The notes: generated from the sequence alone by a model not told the origin. A stretch of DNA of 52,398 bases from Octopus sinensis (GCF_006345805.1 NW_021834921.1:1-52398); one strand, 5' to 3'; shown: positions 1 through 13,770, counted from the first letter of the stretch. Translations and numbers: made by a program.

Positions 1-153
1 TTATTATTATTATTATTATTAATATTATCTGCATTATATATATATACATGTAGATATATACATATATATACATATATATATGTATACACACGCACGCACA
101 CACACAACATATATATATATAATATATATATATATAAATACATGTATATATAT

Positions 154-226
<73 letters not shown>

Positions 227-738
227 TATAAGCAAGGACTAGCAGTGATAATACGTATAGAGTTTGGGGCTATTACAATAAGCGTTGCGCAGTATTGAAT
301 AAGAAGAATATTATCAAAGTTATCATACAGACAAAATGAAGAGAAAGAAGAAGAAGAAGAAGAAGGCGAATATGATGGAGAACAAGAGGAACAAGAAGAA
401 AAAGAAGAGAAATACATAACTTCCTAAGTATAGACCATAACAAAAGGCAATTCTTCACATATTTACACGCGGTACTAGAAATACCATTCTTTTGGAACAG
501 CAGCAATTCTTGTTTCTCCTTAACCTCCCCATTTAACGCCTATTTAGCTGTCTACAGTTAGACGATCAATTTTAAACAGCGCTCTGTTGTTCTAGTTTTT
601 CTCCGCGCAATCTCTCTCTAGACGAATTCTGGCAAAGAGAAGATCGTTACGAGTTCATATATATACATACATACACACACACCTATATATATGCATTTAT
701 ATATATATATATGCATTTATATATATATATAATATATC

Positions 739-783
<45 letters not shown>

Positions 784-786
784 GTA

Positions 787-823
<37 letters not shown>

Positions 824-1178
824 AGGAAGAGACAGAGACGCGCGGAAAGGGAAGGAGATTGGAATATACCTTACAAATAACAAATATTGATTGGAAATGG
901 CAAGCTAGCTGTCTTCCCACTTAACTCCCTTGAGAAAGGCGCAAAGCGATGGGAACGAACACATGTATTTGTTTGTTGGTTGGCTTGAAATAACAACGCA
1001 GTCGCATCGCTAGACTGTTTGTAGTTAGTTCGGTCTGTTCGGATTACCCCGTACACCGATTTTACACAGAAGCATACGTACACACTTGCATACATGCATG
1101 TCTGCATACAAACGCACATATACATGTACGCATGTATCTATGTATATTTATCTATCTATATACCATCTCTCTCTCTCA

Positions 1179-1214
<36 letters not shown>

Positions 1215-1284
1215 GTATAAAAATAGATATATATACAATAGAATATATATATATATATACAGATATATATATATATATATGTTA

Positions 1285-1328
<44 letters not shown>

Positions 1329-1549
1329 ATATACATATATAATAGATATAATATACATATATATATATATATATATATATCTAATATATATATATATATA
1401 TATAATATATATATACATATATATATATATAATATATATATATATAATATATATATATATATATACATGTATATATATATATATACGTATGTACGATCTC
1501 TATCACTGTATAATATATATATATATTTAATATATATATATATATATAC

Positions 1550-1599
<50 letters not shown>

Positions 1600-2132
1600 T
1601 ATAATATATATATTATATATATATATTATATATATATATCTACATATATATATATATATAGATATTCACATGTCTTTAAGCCGAAACTATCAATGAGACA
1701 ACACGTATGTGAAGAAACATGTATGTAAGTGTGAAGATGTGTGTGTGTGTTTGTGAGTGTGTGTGTGTGCATGTGTGTGTGTTTGTACGGGCGGGCGTTT
1801 GTGTGTTTAAATATGAGTATGATGAGTCGTGCGTGGTTGTCAGTTGGTGATGTGTATGTGTAATTTGTGTTCCGTAAGTGTTTGAGTGAATGGTCATTAG
1901 ATTTTATGATATATGGAAGCATCCCTGCATGAATATTTGCAGGAATGTATATATATATAAATATATATATGGTTATACGTATACATACATACATACATAC
2001 TTACATAAAATAAATAGACAGACAGCCAGACAGATAGATAGATAGATAAATTGATTGATAGATAGATAGATAGATAGATACACAGACAGAGAGACTGATA
2101 AACAGATAGACAGACAGATAGATAATAGATAG

Positions 2133-2179
<47 letters not shown>

Positions 2180-2184
2180 GATAG

Positions 2185-2259
<75 letters not shown>

Positions 2260-2364
2260 GTAGGTAGATAGATAGATAGATAGTTATATGTTACAGAATA
2301 GTTATGCGTTTATCATATAATAAATGAACTATTTTGAATTAAATTATAATTGATCCTCTAGGGC

Positions 2365-2413
<49 letters not shown>

Positions 2414-2790
2414 TATATATATGCGCGCGTGTGTGTGTGTATACACACATATACTTATAAATATGAATATATAGATATATATAATATTTGTATATATAAG
2501 TTTGTGTATGTGTATGTATATATATACATGTATTTACACATATACATATATATATTTGTATGTGTATACACACATATATATATACATATATACACGCACA
2601 CATATATATAATATATATATATACAATGTATATATATATGATATACGTATATATACTAATTATATATATACAATTTATGCATAAATATATTATATATATA
2701 TATATAAACACATGCATTATATATATATTATATATATATATATATATAATATATATACACATAAGCATCAATGTCTAAATACATATATAA
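1..2790. repeat. Compound microsatellite block: (TA)n with (CATA)n, (GATA)n and (TG)n tracts
   Basis: Directly visible tracts, e.g. (TA)n at ~130-230 and 1180-1660, (GATA)n at ~2030-2285. The YI/IY-repeat ORFs are read-throughs. Confidence 0.95.
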
Positions 2791-3424
2791 GTGCGAATAT
2801 GTGCGTTCGAATGTGTGTGTAAGTGTGTGTTTGTTTGTGTGAGTGTTAGAATGAAAATTTCGTTTGGTTTGTTAAGAGAGGCGGGATTGATATCGCCTCA
2901 TCTAATATTAGAGAAGTTTTGAGAATCAAACCAAATAACATCTGTTGATAACCAACTTTATCCAGGGGAATAATTATGATTCCAAAGTAAATAGCATTTT
3001 CTGTGAATGCTACAGAAGATGGGGAAAAAACACTGCCGGAATCAATAGCCAGATATACCGCAGTCTATATATGTGTGCATTCGTCTACTCATTTCAATTT
3101 ATCACCTTCAAAATAAACAATCATATTAATAATATACATATGTATGTACTATGTATATATGTATGTATGTAATATGTAAGGCAATTGATTGCTTAATAGA
3201 ATGACTACGGCACCATTCGCACTACCCCCACTCTGCCCACTCACGCGCCGCCGCTCCGCTTGCCGCCCATTATGTTGTCTCTTAAGAAATATCAGAACTT
3301 CAGAAAACTCTGCAATGTGTATTGAAGCATTAGTAGTCGTGCAATGAGAAATATGTTCAATCCCAAGTGTCGGATATTACATTTCGCAACATCCACCCCC
3401 TACCCCACCCCACCCCGGATCGTA

Positions 3425-3505
3425 TCATTATAGTGATGATGATGATGATGATGATGGTGATGAGGTTGATGAGGATGATGATGTTGACGACGATGATGAT
3501 GATGG

Positions 3506-3553
<48 letters not shown>

Positions 3554-3556
3554 CGT

Positions 3557-3588
<32 letters not shown>

Positions 3589-3775
3589 ATGATGATGGTT
3601 ATGGTAATGATGATGATGGTGGTGATGATGATGATGATGACGACGACGATGATGATGATGGTGATGATGATGACGACGACGATGATGATGTTGGTGATGA
3701 TGATGATGATGATGATGGTGATGTTGGTGATGGTGATGATGTTGGTGATGATGATGATGGTGATGATGATGATGA

Positions 3776-3807
<32 letters not shown>

Positions 3808-3905
3808 ATGATGTTGATAACGATGATGATGATGATGATTATGATGATGATGATGACGACGACGACGATGATGATGATGATGATGATCATGATCATGATG
3901 ATGAC

Positions 3906-3952
<47 letters not shown>

Positions 3953-4006
3953 CGACGACTATGATGATGATGATGATGACGATGATGATAATAATGATGA
4001 TAATAG

Positions 4007-4041
<35 letters not shown>

Positions 4042-4098
4042 GTGGTGATGATGCTAATGGTGATGATGATGATAATGATCATGATGGTGATGTTAGTG

Positions 4099-4130
<32 letters not shown>

Positions 4131-4137
4131 GATGGAG
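3425..4137. repeat. ~700-bp imperfect (GAT)n trinucleotide tract
   Basis: Continuous GAT repeats with GAC/GGT/GTT/AAT variants; source of the poly-Met and poly-Ile ORFs. Confidence 0.95.
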
Positions 4138-4759
4138 GAGGAATAGGGGGAGGCAGAGGAGGCAGATGGTTGTAGTTTCCGATAATGATAATCGTAATAA
4201 TGATAATGACCGTTCTTTATTGGCCACAGGAGCCTCTACTTACACTAGAATTTATTTTTCATATACCAGAATTTAGAAACTATGAAGAAATACACACACT
4301 TATGCATACACACATATATACATACATCCATGCATGCATACGCACACACACACACATACACATATGTATATATATACAGACATATGTGTGTCTGCTTTTA
4401 TGTGTGTGCATATAAGTGTAAAGAATTTAGTACTAATATACGTCATACGCTATTCCAGTTTATCTATTCATCTTGCTGAGGTACCAATAATGTTGTATAT
4501 GGATATATACACGCTCACACGCAAAGACGCAGACATACACATAATCACACACACACACACACACACACACCACACACATGCGCATTAACGCTCGCAAAGA
4601 AACACACATATTATATACATATATATGGTCCTGGTCATTGATGACGTGTTATAAATTTTTGTGTTTTTCTTTGTATTATGTTTTGTATGTACGTATATTT
4701 GTTTGTATGTATGGTTGTATGTGCGTATACATATATAATATATATATATATATATATAT

Positions 4760-5424
4760 GAAAAAACAAGTCAAAAATAGAAAATGCTAAAATAATTTTA
4801 TAGTGAACATTTCAGTACCGGTTTCGGTCATTTGAGACCTCTTCAACTGTAACGATTAATAATTAAATTTAGAAAAATTAGAAGAAAAGTTTTTTAAAGG
4901 AATATTTCTATAGTAGTGTTCAGATATAAGTGGCATTCTGCCTTTCTCTGACTCCCTTGTTTGCACTTGTGTGTTCGAGGTCGTTGTGAGTTCTTGGTAG
5001 GGTAGTAGAGGAAGAGGGCTGGTGAGGAAAGGGGGGGGGAGAATCTGGGAGTGCCCTGATGGTCGTATTTTGAATGGTCAGTGGCGGTGGCAGTCTCAGT
5101 TCAATTCAGGAGAATATTTATATTGACAGGCTTGTTTATAGAATTAGCGTAGGTGTTATACTAAAAACATTAGTGACAAAGTTAAGGGGTAGGGGGGTGG
5201 AGAAGTAGAAGAAGAAGAAGAAGAAGAAGAAGAAGAAGAAGAAGAAGAAGAGAAGGAGAAGGAGAAGGAGATGACGATGATGGGATGGTGGTGATGATTA
5301 TGACGACGATGATGATGATAATGATGATGATGAAGAAGAAAAAGAAGAAGGAGGAGAAGGAGAAGATGGTGGTGATGATGGTGGTGATGATGATGACGAC
5401 GATGATGATGATAATGATGATGAT

Positions 5425-5457
<33 letters not shown>

Positions 5458-5504
5458 AAAACAGAGAAGGGAGAATATGAATGGGTGTAAATATAGCTAT
5501 GAAG
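4760..5504 (-). repeat. Left arm of ~740-bp inverted repeat (inverted PLE 3' region)
   Basis: Outer end gaaaaaacaagtcaaaaatagaaaatgc matches the reverse complement of 7965-7990. Inner end gggtgtaaatatagctatgaag (to 5504) matches cttcatagctatatttacaccc (from 7265). Differences are mostly 1-nt indels and (GAA)n length. Confidence 0.95.
4811..4853 (-). ncRNA. Minimal type-I hammerhead ribozyme motif (PLE-type, C3U core variant)
   Basis: Minus strand: TTACAG-TTGAAGA-GGTC(tcaaat)GACC-GAAA-CCGG-T-A-CTGAA. Stem I CAG/CTG, 4-bp stem II, palindromic ACCGGT helix III. Confidence 0.8.
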
Positions 5505-7180
5505 TAAAACTAGCCAATTCTACGGTATACCTAAGATCCACAAAAGTGAAAAAATAAGCAACGCATGCAAGATAGCTACAGACAAAATAATTAAAGTCCC
5601 TAATCCTAATGACCTCAAATTGAGACCCATAATAGCAGGTCCCGCATGCGAAACCCACCGCCTCAGTAACTTTTTAGACACCCTGTTAAAACCACTCCTC
5701 AAACATGTCAAAAGCTATATAAGGGACGACTTAGATATGCTCAATCACCTACCGAATACTATAAAACAAAAACACCATACTGGTATCCTTCGATGTAGTC
5801 AACCTCTACTCCAATATCCCCACACCCTAGGACTAGAGGCAATCCAATTCTGGCTAGAGAATCACGCCAACGAACTACCACACCGCATCAAAAAAGAATT
5901 TGTGATAGAAGGGGTTAAATTCATCCTGGAAAATAACTTCTTCGCCTTCAATGACAACTTCTACCGACAAAAATCGGGGACTGCGATGGGTACACGAATG
6001 GCCCCCTCCTTTGCCAACCTAGTCATCGGATACCTAGAGATCAGTCTGTATCGTAAGGTTCTAGAAAGATATGGCAGCCCTTTCTCCATCTACATAGAAA
6101 ACAACTGGAAGAGATATCTAATGACTGTTTCATCCTTTGGCATAAAAATATAGAAAAACTCATAGAATTCCAGAAAATTTTAAACGGACTGGACGTAAAC
6201 ATCCAATTCACGATGGAATATAGCCATCAACAACTCCCTTCCTCGATATCCTCATTAGAAAGCTAATAATATAATAGAAACAGACATATATATAAGCCTA
6301 CAGACTCTAAGCAATATCTTCCATTCAATTCATGCCACCCCAGACACACAGGATGAATATCCCTTTCAATCTAGCAAAAAGGATATGCACTATAGTCTCT
6401 AACGCAAACACCAGAGACACACGACTACAAGAACTAAAAGATACCCTAATCACCAGGAACTATCCACCTTCACTTCTTGACAAGTGCATTCAACGTGCCC
6501 TTCAACTTAACATCAAGGAACTGAGACATCCCAAATCCAAGAAAAACTTACAACCAAAAGCCTTACCATACATCTCCACACACAACACTCTCAATAACGA
6601 AGCCTTCGACACCATCCTCCACAAATACCCCTCCTAAAAAAAGACCACAGAATGAACACAATCTCCAAACACACACGATCATAAAAAGCAAAAAGACAGC
6701 CTAGATCCATGAAAAGTCTCCTTACACAGGCCCGAATTCACTCTTCAACACAGAAGCCGACAGTAAAAAAAATGTAGAAGACCCAATTGCGGGATATGCG
6801 ACTATCTTATTGAGGGATCAGAGTTCTCCTTCAAACAGGGACAACGGTTTACAGTGAAAAGCAACTTCACATGTGCTTCGGAGAACCTAATATACTCACT
6901 AACCTGCTCCGGGTGTCAAGAGCAGTACATAGGCCAAACAAAAAATGGTTTGCGTAAACGAATGGCCCTGCACAGATCCCAGATAAAAATTCCCCAAAAC
7001 AGAAAAATAGCTTTTAGCCAACACATAGATACTTGCGCCAACAAAAAAACACCAAACTTCAGAATTTTCCCCCTCTACCAATTTAGGGACGATACAATCT
7101 CGAGACAACGAATAAGTAAAGGAAATTTCTTTATTACAAAATACAAGCCACTTCTTAACGGGTCTACGACAAACAATTAA
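5505..7180 (+). pseudogene. Frameshifted PLE ORF: reverse transcriptase + GIY-YIG endonuclease
   Basis: Across frames: (F)YGIPKIHKS, LRPIIAGP, LVSFDVVNLYSNIP, GTAMGTRMAPSFANL, WKRYL(D)DCF (1-nt deletion in the YxDD motif), YKPTDSKQYL, CRRPNCGIC, NLIYSLTCSGCQEQYIGQT. Stop at 7180. Confidence 0.92.
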
Positions 7181-7264
7181 TATACCTCAACTTTAGAATA
7201 AAAGAAAAAAATATATATACACACACAAATATTACACTCCATAGAATCCATTACTAATCAGCCC

Positions 7265-7990
7265 CTTCATAGCTATATTTACACCCATTCATATTCTCCC
7301 TTCTCTGTTTTTTTTTTCTTCTTCTTCTTCTTCCTCTTCTTCTTCATCATCATCATTATCATCATCATCGTCGTCATCATCATCACCACCATCATCACCA
7401 CCATCTTCTCCTTCTCCTCCTTCTTCTTTTTCTTCTTCATCATCATCATTATCATCATCATCGTCGTCATAATCATCACCACCATCACCATCATCGTCAT
7501 CTCCTTCTCATTCTCCTTCTTCTTCTTCTTCTTCTTCTTCTTCTACTTCTCCACCCCCTACCCCTTAACTTTGTCACTAATGTTTTTTAGTATAACACCT
7601 ACGCTAATTCTATAAACAAGCCTGTCAATATAAATATTCTCCTGAATTGAACTGAGACTGCCAGCCGCCACTGACCATTCAAAATACGACCATCAGGGCA
7701 CTCCCAGATTCTCCCACCCCCCTTTCCTCACCAGCCCTCTCCTCTTACTACCCTACAAGAACGCACAACGACCTCGAACACACAAGTGCAAACAAGGGAG
7801 TCAGAGAAAGGCAGAATGCCACTTATATCTGAACACTACTATAGAAATATTCCTTAAAAAAAACTTTTCTTCTAATTTTTCTAAATTTAATTATTTAATC
7901 GTTACAGTGAAGAGGTCTCAAAATGACCGAAACGGTACTGAAATTTCACTATAAAATTATTTTAGCATTTTCTATTTTGACTGTTTTTTC
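7265..7990 (+). repeat. Right arm of the inverted repeat (PLE 3' UTR / pseudo-LTR)
   Basis: Reverse complement of 4760-5504, including the internal duplicated (CAT/CTT) block. Confidence 0.95.
7902..7941 (+). ncRNA. Hammerhead motif in the PLE 3' region (two 1-nt deletions relative to the left-arm copy)
   Basis: TTACAG-TGAAGA-GGTC(tcaaat)GACC-GAAA-CGG-T-A-CTGAA; lacks one T of the core and one C of the ACCGGT palindrome. Confidence 0.65.
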
Positions 7991-8089
7991 ATATATATCA
8001 ACTCGTGTGTTCCTTTTCACCCTTATACATATATATATATATATACATATGTATGTATGTATGTATGTATGTGTGTGTGTGTGTGTGTG

Positions 8090-8127
<38 letters not shown>

Positions 8128-8142
8128 ACATTAAATATATAT

Positions 8143-8464
8143 AACTGGTGAGAGCCCCCTCGGTCATGACTGACCATGGGATTGCATCTAGAAAGTTACC
8201 CACCCAGGCACAATTCCTGGCAAGGTTGTTTATATAAGACCAGCAGTCAGCCATGCATACCTGTCTCCCCTCTCCACGCCACCAGCGTTATCCAAGGGAA
8301 AGGCAAAGGGGCCGATACAGCTTGGCACCTGTGACATCGCAACTCATTTCTACAGCTGAGTGAACTGGAGCAACGGGAAATAAAGTGTCTTGCTCAAGAA
8401 CACAACATAGAACCCGGTCCAGGATTCGAACTCATAACATCACGATCGTAAGCTCTACGCTTTC
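8143..8464 (-). mobile_element. tRNA-derived SINE, family 3 (central GTGTTCTTGAGCAAGACACTTT domain)
   Basis: Minus strand has B-box GAGTTCGAATCC followed by TGTTGTGTTCTTGAGCAAGACACTTTATTTC...CTCCAGTTCACTCAGCTGTAGAAATG. This resembles CORE/V/Meta-type SINE bodies (recalled similarity, unverified). Confidence 0.7.
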
Positions 8465-8467
8465 TCG

Positions 8468-8531
<64 letters not shown>

Positions 8532-9564
8532 ATATATATATACACATATACACACATACAACACACACACATACACATATATATATATATATGTATGTAT
8601 GTATGTATGTAGTATGTATGTATGTATGTATGTATGTATGTATGTATGTATGTATGTATGTATGTATGCGTATATGAGGAATGCCGACAGGAACCCAAAT
8701 GTATTAATTTACATTGAAACAGTTCAAAAATTAACTAAAACAAGACCGACCTACACGTACAGAAACAGAGCAAGCAATACTTAAAATATAACCACCCTAA
8801 TATACGATAAACTTCCCCCTTAACTCATGTTCTACGAAATGGGCCTTCTGCTTTTGCAAATTAGCATTTTCTGTCTAAACAAAGGCGAAATCTTTAGGCA
8901 GTGAAACGTTTAGGTGTAAAGTGACCGTCCGCTTCGTTTTCAACAACTCCATATCCTCGCAGGACATTTCGTATTCGTTACCATCCTCTCAATTAGCACA
9001 ATGTTTATTTTATTGTCTGTGAGGTTGAAAATCAAATCAACTAGGATAAAGTTATTAGTTTTAAACATATACTACCCACCCACATATATTCATATACGTA
9101 TTACAGATATATAGGCGGTTCCATGCATTTAAACGTATGTTGGTTAGGCTTACACACAACGGATAAAGGCTCAACGAGCCAAACATATACGCGTAAGAAT
9201 AAAATTAGGCTTCTGCGACCGGCGAGTCACAACGCATATGCAGTATATGATTTTGGTAATCACATTTGTGTAAAAACAGAAATATATACATCGATTTTGA
9301 TGGTATATAGAAGGTGCTTTTCTCCTGAAAACTGAGAGAATCACTCTGAGACCTTTATACGATGTTAGACCTCCCGTAAGCTGCAATCTGCTACAATATT
9401 TTCTTTTTCCAGAATAAGTGCTTCTGAAATTGGGGGCAGACGCACCCTAATTTCAGCAGTACTTTTTACTAAAAAATACGATATACACAGATAGACATAT
9501 GCATGCATGCATACATACATACATACATACATACATACATTCATACATACATACATAAAACACA

Positions 9565-9951
9565 TAGGAGTGACTGTGGGGTAAGTAGCTTGCTTATTAA
9601 CCACATGGTTTCGGGTTCAGTCCCACTGCGCGGCAACTTGGGTGGGTGTCTTTTACTACAGCTTCGGGCCGACCAAAGCCTTGTGAGTGGATTTGGTTGA
9701 CAGAAATTGAAAGAAGCCCGTCGTATATGTATACTTATATATGCATGTGTGTGTATATATTTGTGTGTCTGTGTTTGTCCCACCAATCTCGCTTGACAAC
9801 CGATGCTGATGTGTTTACGTCCCCATACCTTAGCGGTTCGGCAAAACACACCGATAGAATAAGAACTAGGTTCATAAAGAATAAGACCTGAAGTTTATTT
9901 GCTCGACTAAAGGCGGTGCCCCAGCAAATAAAAGAATAAAAGAAAAGAATA
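9565..9951 (+). mobile_element. tRNA-derived CORE-like SINE (family 1, octopus OR2-like)
   Basis: Head GGAGTG(G/A)CTGTG.GGTAAG, B-box-like GGGTTCAGTCCC, internal TA/TG microsatellite, (AAAGAATA) tail; homologous to 11479, 20598 and 39747. Confidence 0.85.
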
Positions 9952-10011
9952 CATGCATCCATACACAACACATACATACATACATACATACACAACACAT
10001 ACATACATACA

Positions 10012-10043
<32 letters not shown>

Positions 10044-10326
10044 CACTTTCGGTGGTTGTGCCTTTTATTAAAAGACAAGCAATAAGGGGGGATCTACATA
10101 GTCTTTCAACGTATCGGGTTCCCAACTATGCGTAAGCTAGCATATGTTATGGCAACCCGTCCGAGCACGTGGGCGCAGAAATACCCTTGGTTGGAGTTAG
10201 AATGTACGATAAAAATAGTAGCAGTTATGGACTCCTATTTATTGTGACAGTGTCCTTCTAGGAATCAGGACACTGATTTAAGACCTGAGGTTTCACATGA
10301 TTACTGGTCACCTCACTCCAGCATGT

Positions 10327-10750
10327 GGATCTTTTCGGTTTGAACGGCAGTTTTTTCTAGCGGTGTCATATGAAATTGTCACCCATAATTATGTACCTAG
10401 TATCGATCTATTGCATGTCAATCTGTTTTAGGGTTAGGGTTAGGATTATGGCTGGGGTGGGGGGGTATATTTTTTTCTTCAGAAATGTAAATAAACCCAA
10501 TCTGTTTCTTAAACGAGGGACATATTCATACGGCATAGAATGTTGTTTACGTCAATGGACGTCAGTGATTCGTTGAAATTGCAGAAATTGAAGAAAAAAC
10601 AACAAATATCTTACAAACTATAGAATTTTCTCAATAAAGCCAAGAGAAAAAGATGTTTTATAAACACATTCTACCAGTATACGAAGTTTAAAAGTGTTTA
10701 GTTACGTGGAAATTATTAAAAAAAAACTGCCGTTCAAACCGAAAAGATCC
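10327..10750 (+). mobile_element. MITE with ~29-bp TIRs and 8-bp TSD (CAGCATGT)
   Basis: TIR GGATCTTTTCGGTTTGAACGGCAGTTTTT at both ends; TSD at 10319-10326 and 10751-10758; internal (TTAGGG)2-3; second copy at 18265-18680. Confidence 0.92.
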
Positions 10751-11328
10751 CAGCATGTCACTAAGTACTTGTCACGGAGCCTCAGAGAATGATAGTCATG
10801 TTGTACAAGCGTTTATCTCTATGATGCAATGGCATACAGTTGTTTCTTCATGGTGACCTTATGCGTTATTCCATCTACTGTATACCACACGGCAATGGAA
10901 GCAAGGGCATAACGAGGTTCTAAATTAAGAGGAGCGAGCATATATATTTAGGGAGAGCGAGCAGCGTGATACATAACAAACAATTTTAGACATTTTATAA
11001 ATGGCAGCAGTTTCGAAAAATATGATCGTGTTTAGGGAATCGATTCCCACCTGCTTAGCTGTGTCAATGAAAGGAAGATTCGTGACGTGTGTAGACCTAA
11101 TCAGTTGGAAGCACACAGTATGTAACGGCTTTTATTTCTCAGTTACGCTCCAAACCATGCACATATATAATACAAAAGAACTGAATAATTCTCTGAGAGG
11201 TGATGGACGAGACGTTAGAAATGTTATTGACAATATGGATGTAAAAAAAAAGACGGAGATCAACTGTTAAGATGGAGCGATCACTATGTATGTATGTATA
11301 TGTATACGTGTGAATATATATATTCACG

Positions 11329-11372
<44 letters not shown>

Positions 11373-11478
11373 GGTGTGTGTGTACATGTGTGTGGATGTA
11401 TGCTTATATGCATATATATATATATATATATGTATATGTATATATGTGTATGTGTGTGTATATATATATATATATGTT

Positions 11479-11906
11479 TAGGAGTGGCTGTGTGGTAAGT
11501 AGCTTGCTTACGAACCACATGGTTCCGGGTTCAGTCCTACAGCGTGGCAAGTGTCTTCTACTATAGCTTCGGGCCGACCATGTCCTTGTGAGTGGATTTG
11601 GTAGATGGAAACTGAAAGAAGACTATGGTATATATAAATATATATATATGTGTATGTGTGTGTGTGTGTGTATCTATTTATGTATGTATGTATGTATGTA
11701 TGTATGTGTGTCTGTGTTTGTCCTCCCAACATCGCTTGACAACCAATGCTGGTGTATTTACGTCCCCGTAACTTAGCGGCTCGGCAAAAGAGGCTGATAG
11801 AATAAGTACTAGGCTTACAAAGGTATAAGTCCTGAGGTCGATTTGCTCGACTAAAGGTGGTGCTCCAACATGGCCACAGTCAAATGACGGAAACAAATAA
11901 AAGGGT
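11479..11906 (+). mobile_element. Family 1 CORE-like SINE, near full length
   Basis: Same head, core, internal microsatellite and tail as 9565 and 39747. Confidence 0.88.
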
Positions 11907-13554
11907 ATATATACATATATACAGACACACACATAATTTTTTTTACATTCAAAAGCAGTCATATGTCTGTGTGTATATATAGAAATTATATTTATGTGTG
12001 TGTATTATACTTAAAGCGTTGCTTTCGGCAGTTTGTATATAAATGAATAAGAACAGAATCATAAATACTTGTACATTATCTACAACTAACATCTCACAAA
12101 GTGAAATTTGGCATAGCGAGCAAAACGTGAGGGCTTGAAATTTTACAAATAATTTACTATATTATATTTGTAAGAAACGTTACAGATATCTTTGGCTTCG
12201 GTAAAAGTAACGGTAATAATGTTCAAACAGTTAATATATTAAATATTGGAAAACCGTGCAGCCTCTAGGTTTGAACTAAAATATTAAACATAGGCGATTG
12301 GAAGTATTGGAATGGTTTCAAACATTACATCACGCCCCAAAACTTTGTATTATACTTCACTGCCCTAAAAAGAAATAGAAATGGAAAGAAAGATGATGCG
12401 TTATTATATCTCAAAGTATGCCACAGTTAAGTGTTTTTATGTATCTTTAATCCATAAAACTGTGTTGCAACAGCGACAGGAACTGCTTTTGTTACAACGG
12501 AGTTAATCGCTTTGTTGGCAGCCAGAATATCAAACGAAACTATCTGAGGTGGCAGCCATGATGTCGTAGCTGTAAACGCCATTATTCGCTGCAACAATCG
12601 ACATAATTGTTGTTGTTGTTGTTGTTGTTGCTTATACTACTACTGCTGCTGCTGCTGTTGTTGTTGATGCTGTAGTTGTTGTTTAACCCCTGTCAGCTTT
12701 GTTCGAGCAGGTCTTTGGTCAAAGTGTATTTACTCTACGGCCTGACGATCATTTTAAATTGTTATGCATCATTGCTTAGTCTGTCGTTTGTCCTTAAGAT
12801 GAGAATGAGGGAGACATAGCTGCTATTTCTAACATGTCTAGCAGTCACGTCTTGTAATTAGCAGCCGATAGAAATAGTAGTTGCAGTCATTTGTCTGATC
12901 GTAGACTGGGAGAATATATTTTTATCGGTCAATGTGGGGTTTGTTATGTGGTCAACTGTATTGCTAGAAAGAGCCACCACATCTCAAATCATACACACGC
13001 ACAGTAGACAGTGTGGATGGTCATGGCTAGAATGTCTTTGATGCTTTGTCGTCTCATTCGTGATGGAGCTATGCTATCAATAGCAAATAAATGTCTACAA
13101 CAAAGAGATTTTGGTTTGTCACGTCCGGAATGTCTTGACGATTCAATCACGATTGAACTGTGGTTCGACAGATACAAATGTAACGACGGCGACAAACAAT
13201 AACAACAGCAACAACAACAACGACAACTACTTCAAAAGCGGCAACAATGACAATAGCTACACAAGCAGCAGCAGCAGTATCAACGACATCTGAGTCTTGT
13301 GATACACTAACAAAGTAAAGAGTTTATAGGAAAACCGTGGGTGGTATTAATATATTATAGTCTTGCTATGCAGATTAGCCGTCATATTAACTATGAAACT
13401 ATGCAAGTAGTCCATACACATCTGAATAACAAAAGCATATTACGCTATATTTCACTGCATGAATTCAATTAATATTAACTAACCATAGAGAAAATATGCT
13501 TAGTATCTGACAATATAATGGATGCAACCACGATAGCTATAAGTACAGCATAAA

Positions 13555-13770
13555 TATTGATTTCAAAATTTGGCACAAGGCTAGCTAATTCGGAAGCGAA
13601 TATAAGTCGATTACATCGACCCCAGTTTTCAACTAGTATCGATTTTATCGACTCCCGAAAGGGTGGAAAGTAAAGTTGACCTCCGCGGAATTTGAACTTA
13701 GAACGTAAATGCGGACGAAATGCAATTAAGCATTTTGCCCGGCGAGCAAACGATTCTGCCAGCTCGCGGT
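13555..13770 (-). mobile_element. tRNA-derived SINE, family 2 (GCCTTTCATCCTTTCGGGGTCGATAAA domain)
   Basis: Reverse complement of the head CGAGCTGGCAGAA, B-box GTTCAAATTCC, conserved central domain and CCTTGTGCCAAA tail. Confidence 0.8.

Larger units (their letters stand above)
4760..8030 (+). mobile_element. Penelope-like retroelement (PLE), 5'-truncated, with an inverted copy of its 3' end (inverted pseudo-LTR)
   Basis: RT + GIY-YIG coding remnant at 5505-7180; 4760-5504 is the reverse complement of 7265-7990; a hammerhead motif lies in each arm; both flanks are (TA)n/(TATG)n microsatellite. Confidence 0.92.

Noticed and set aside
2990-3065. Peptide DGEKTLPESIA resembling the M13 peptidase TLxENIAD motif
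   Set aside because: In-frame stop just upstream, no convincing splice sites, and the motif is incomplete.
10428-10444. TTAGGG repeats as a telomere or interstitial telomere
   Set aside because: Only 2-3 units, internal to a MITE and present in both copies.
10925-11116. FIDTAKQ resembling the small-GTPase DTAGQ motif
   Set aside because: The key Gly is absent and there are no other G-box motifs.
13011-13202. DFGLSR as a kinase activation-loop exon
   Set aside because: Lacks the preceding K-hydrophobic-x context and the downstream P+1/APE residues; no supported splice sites.
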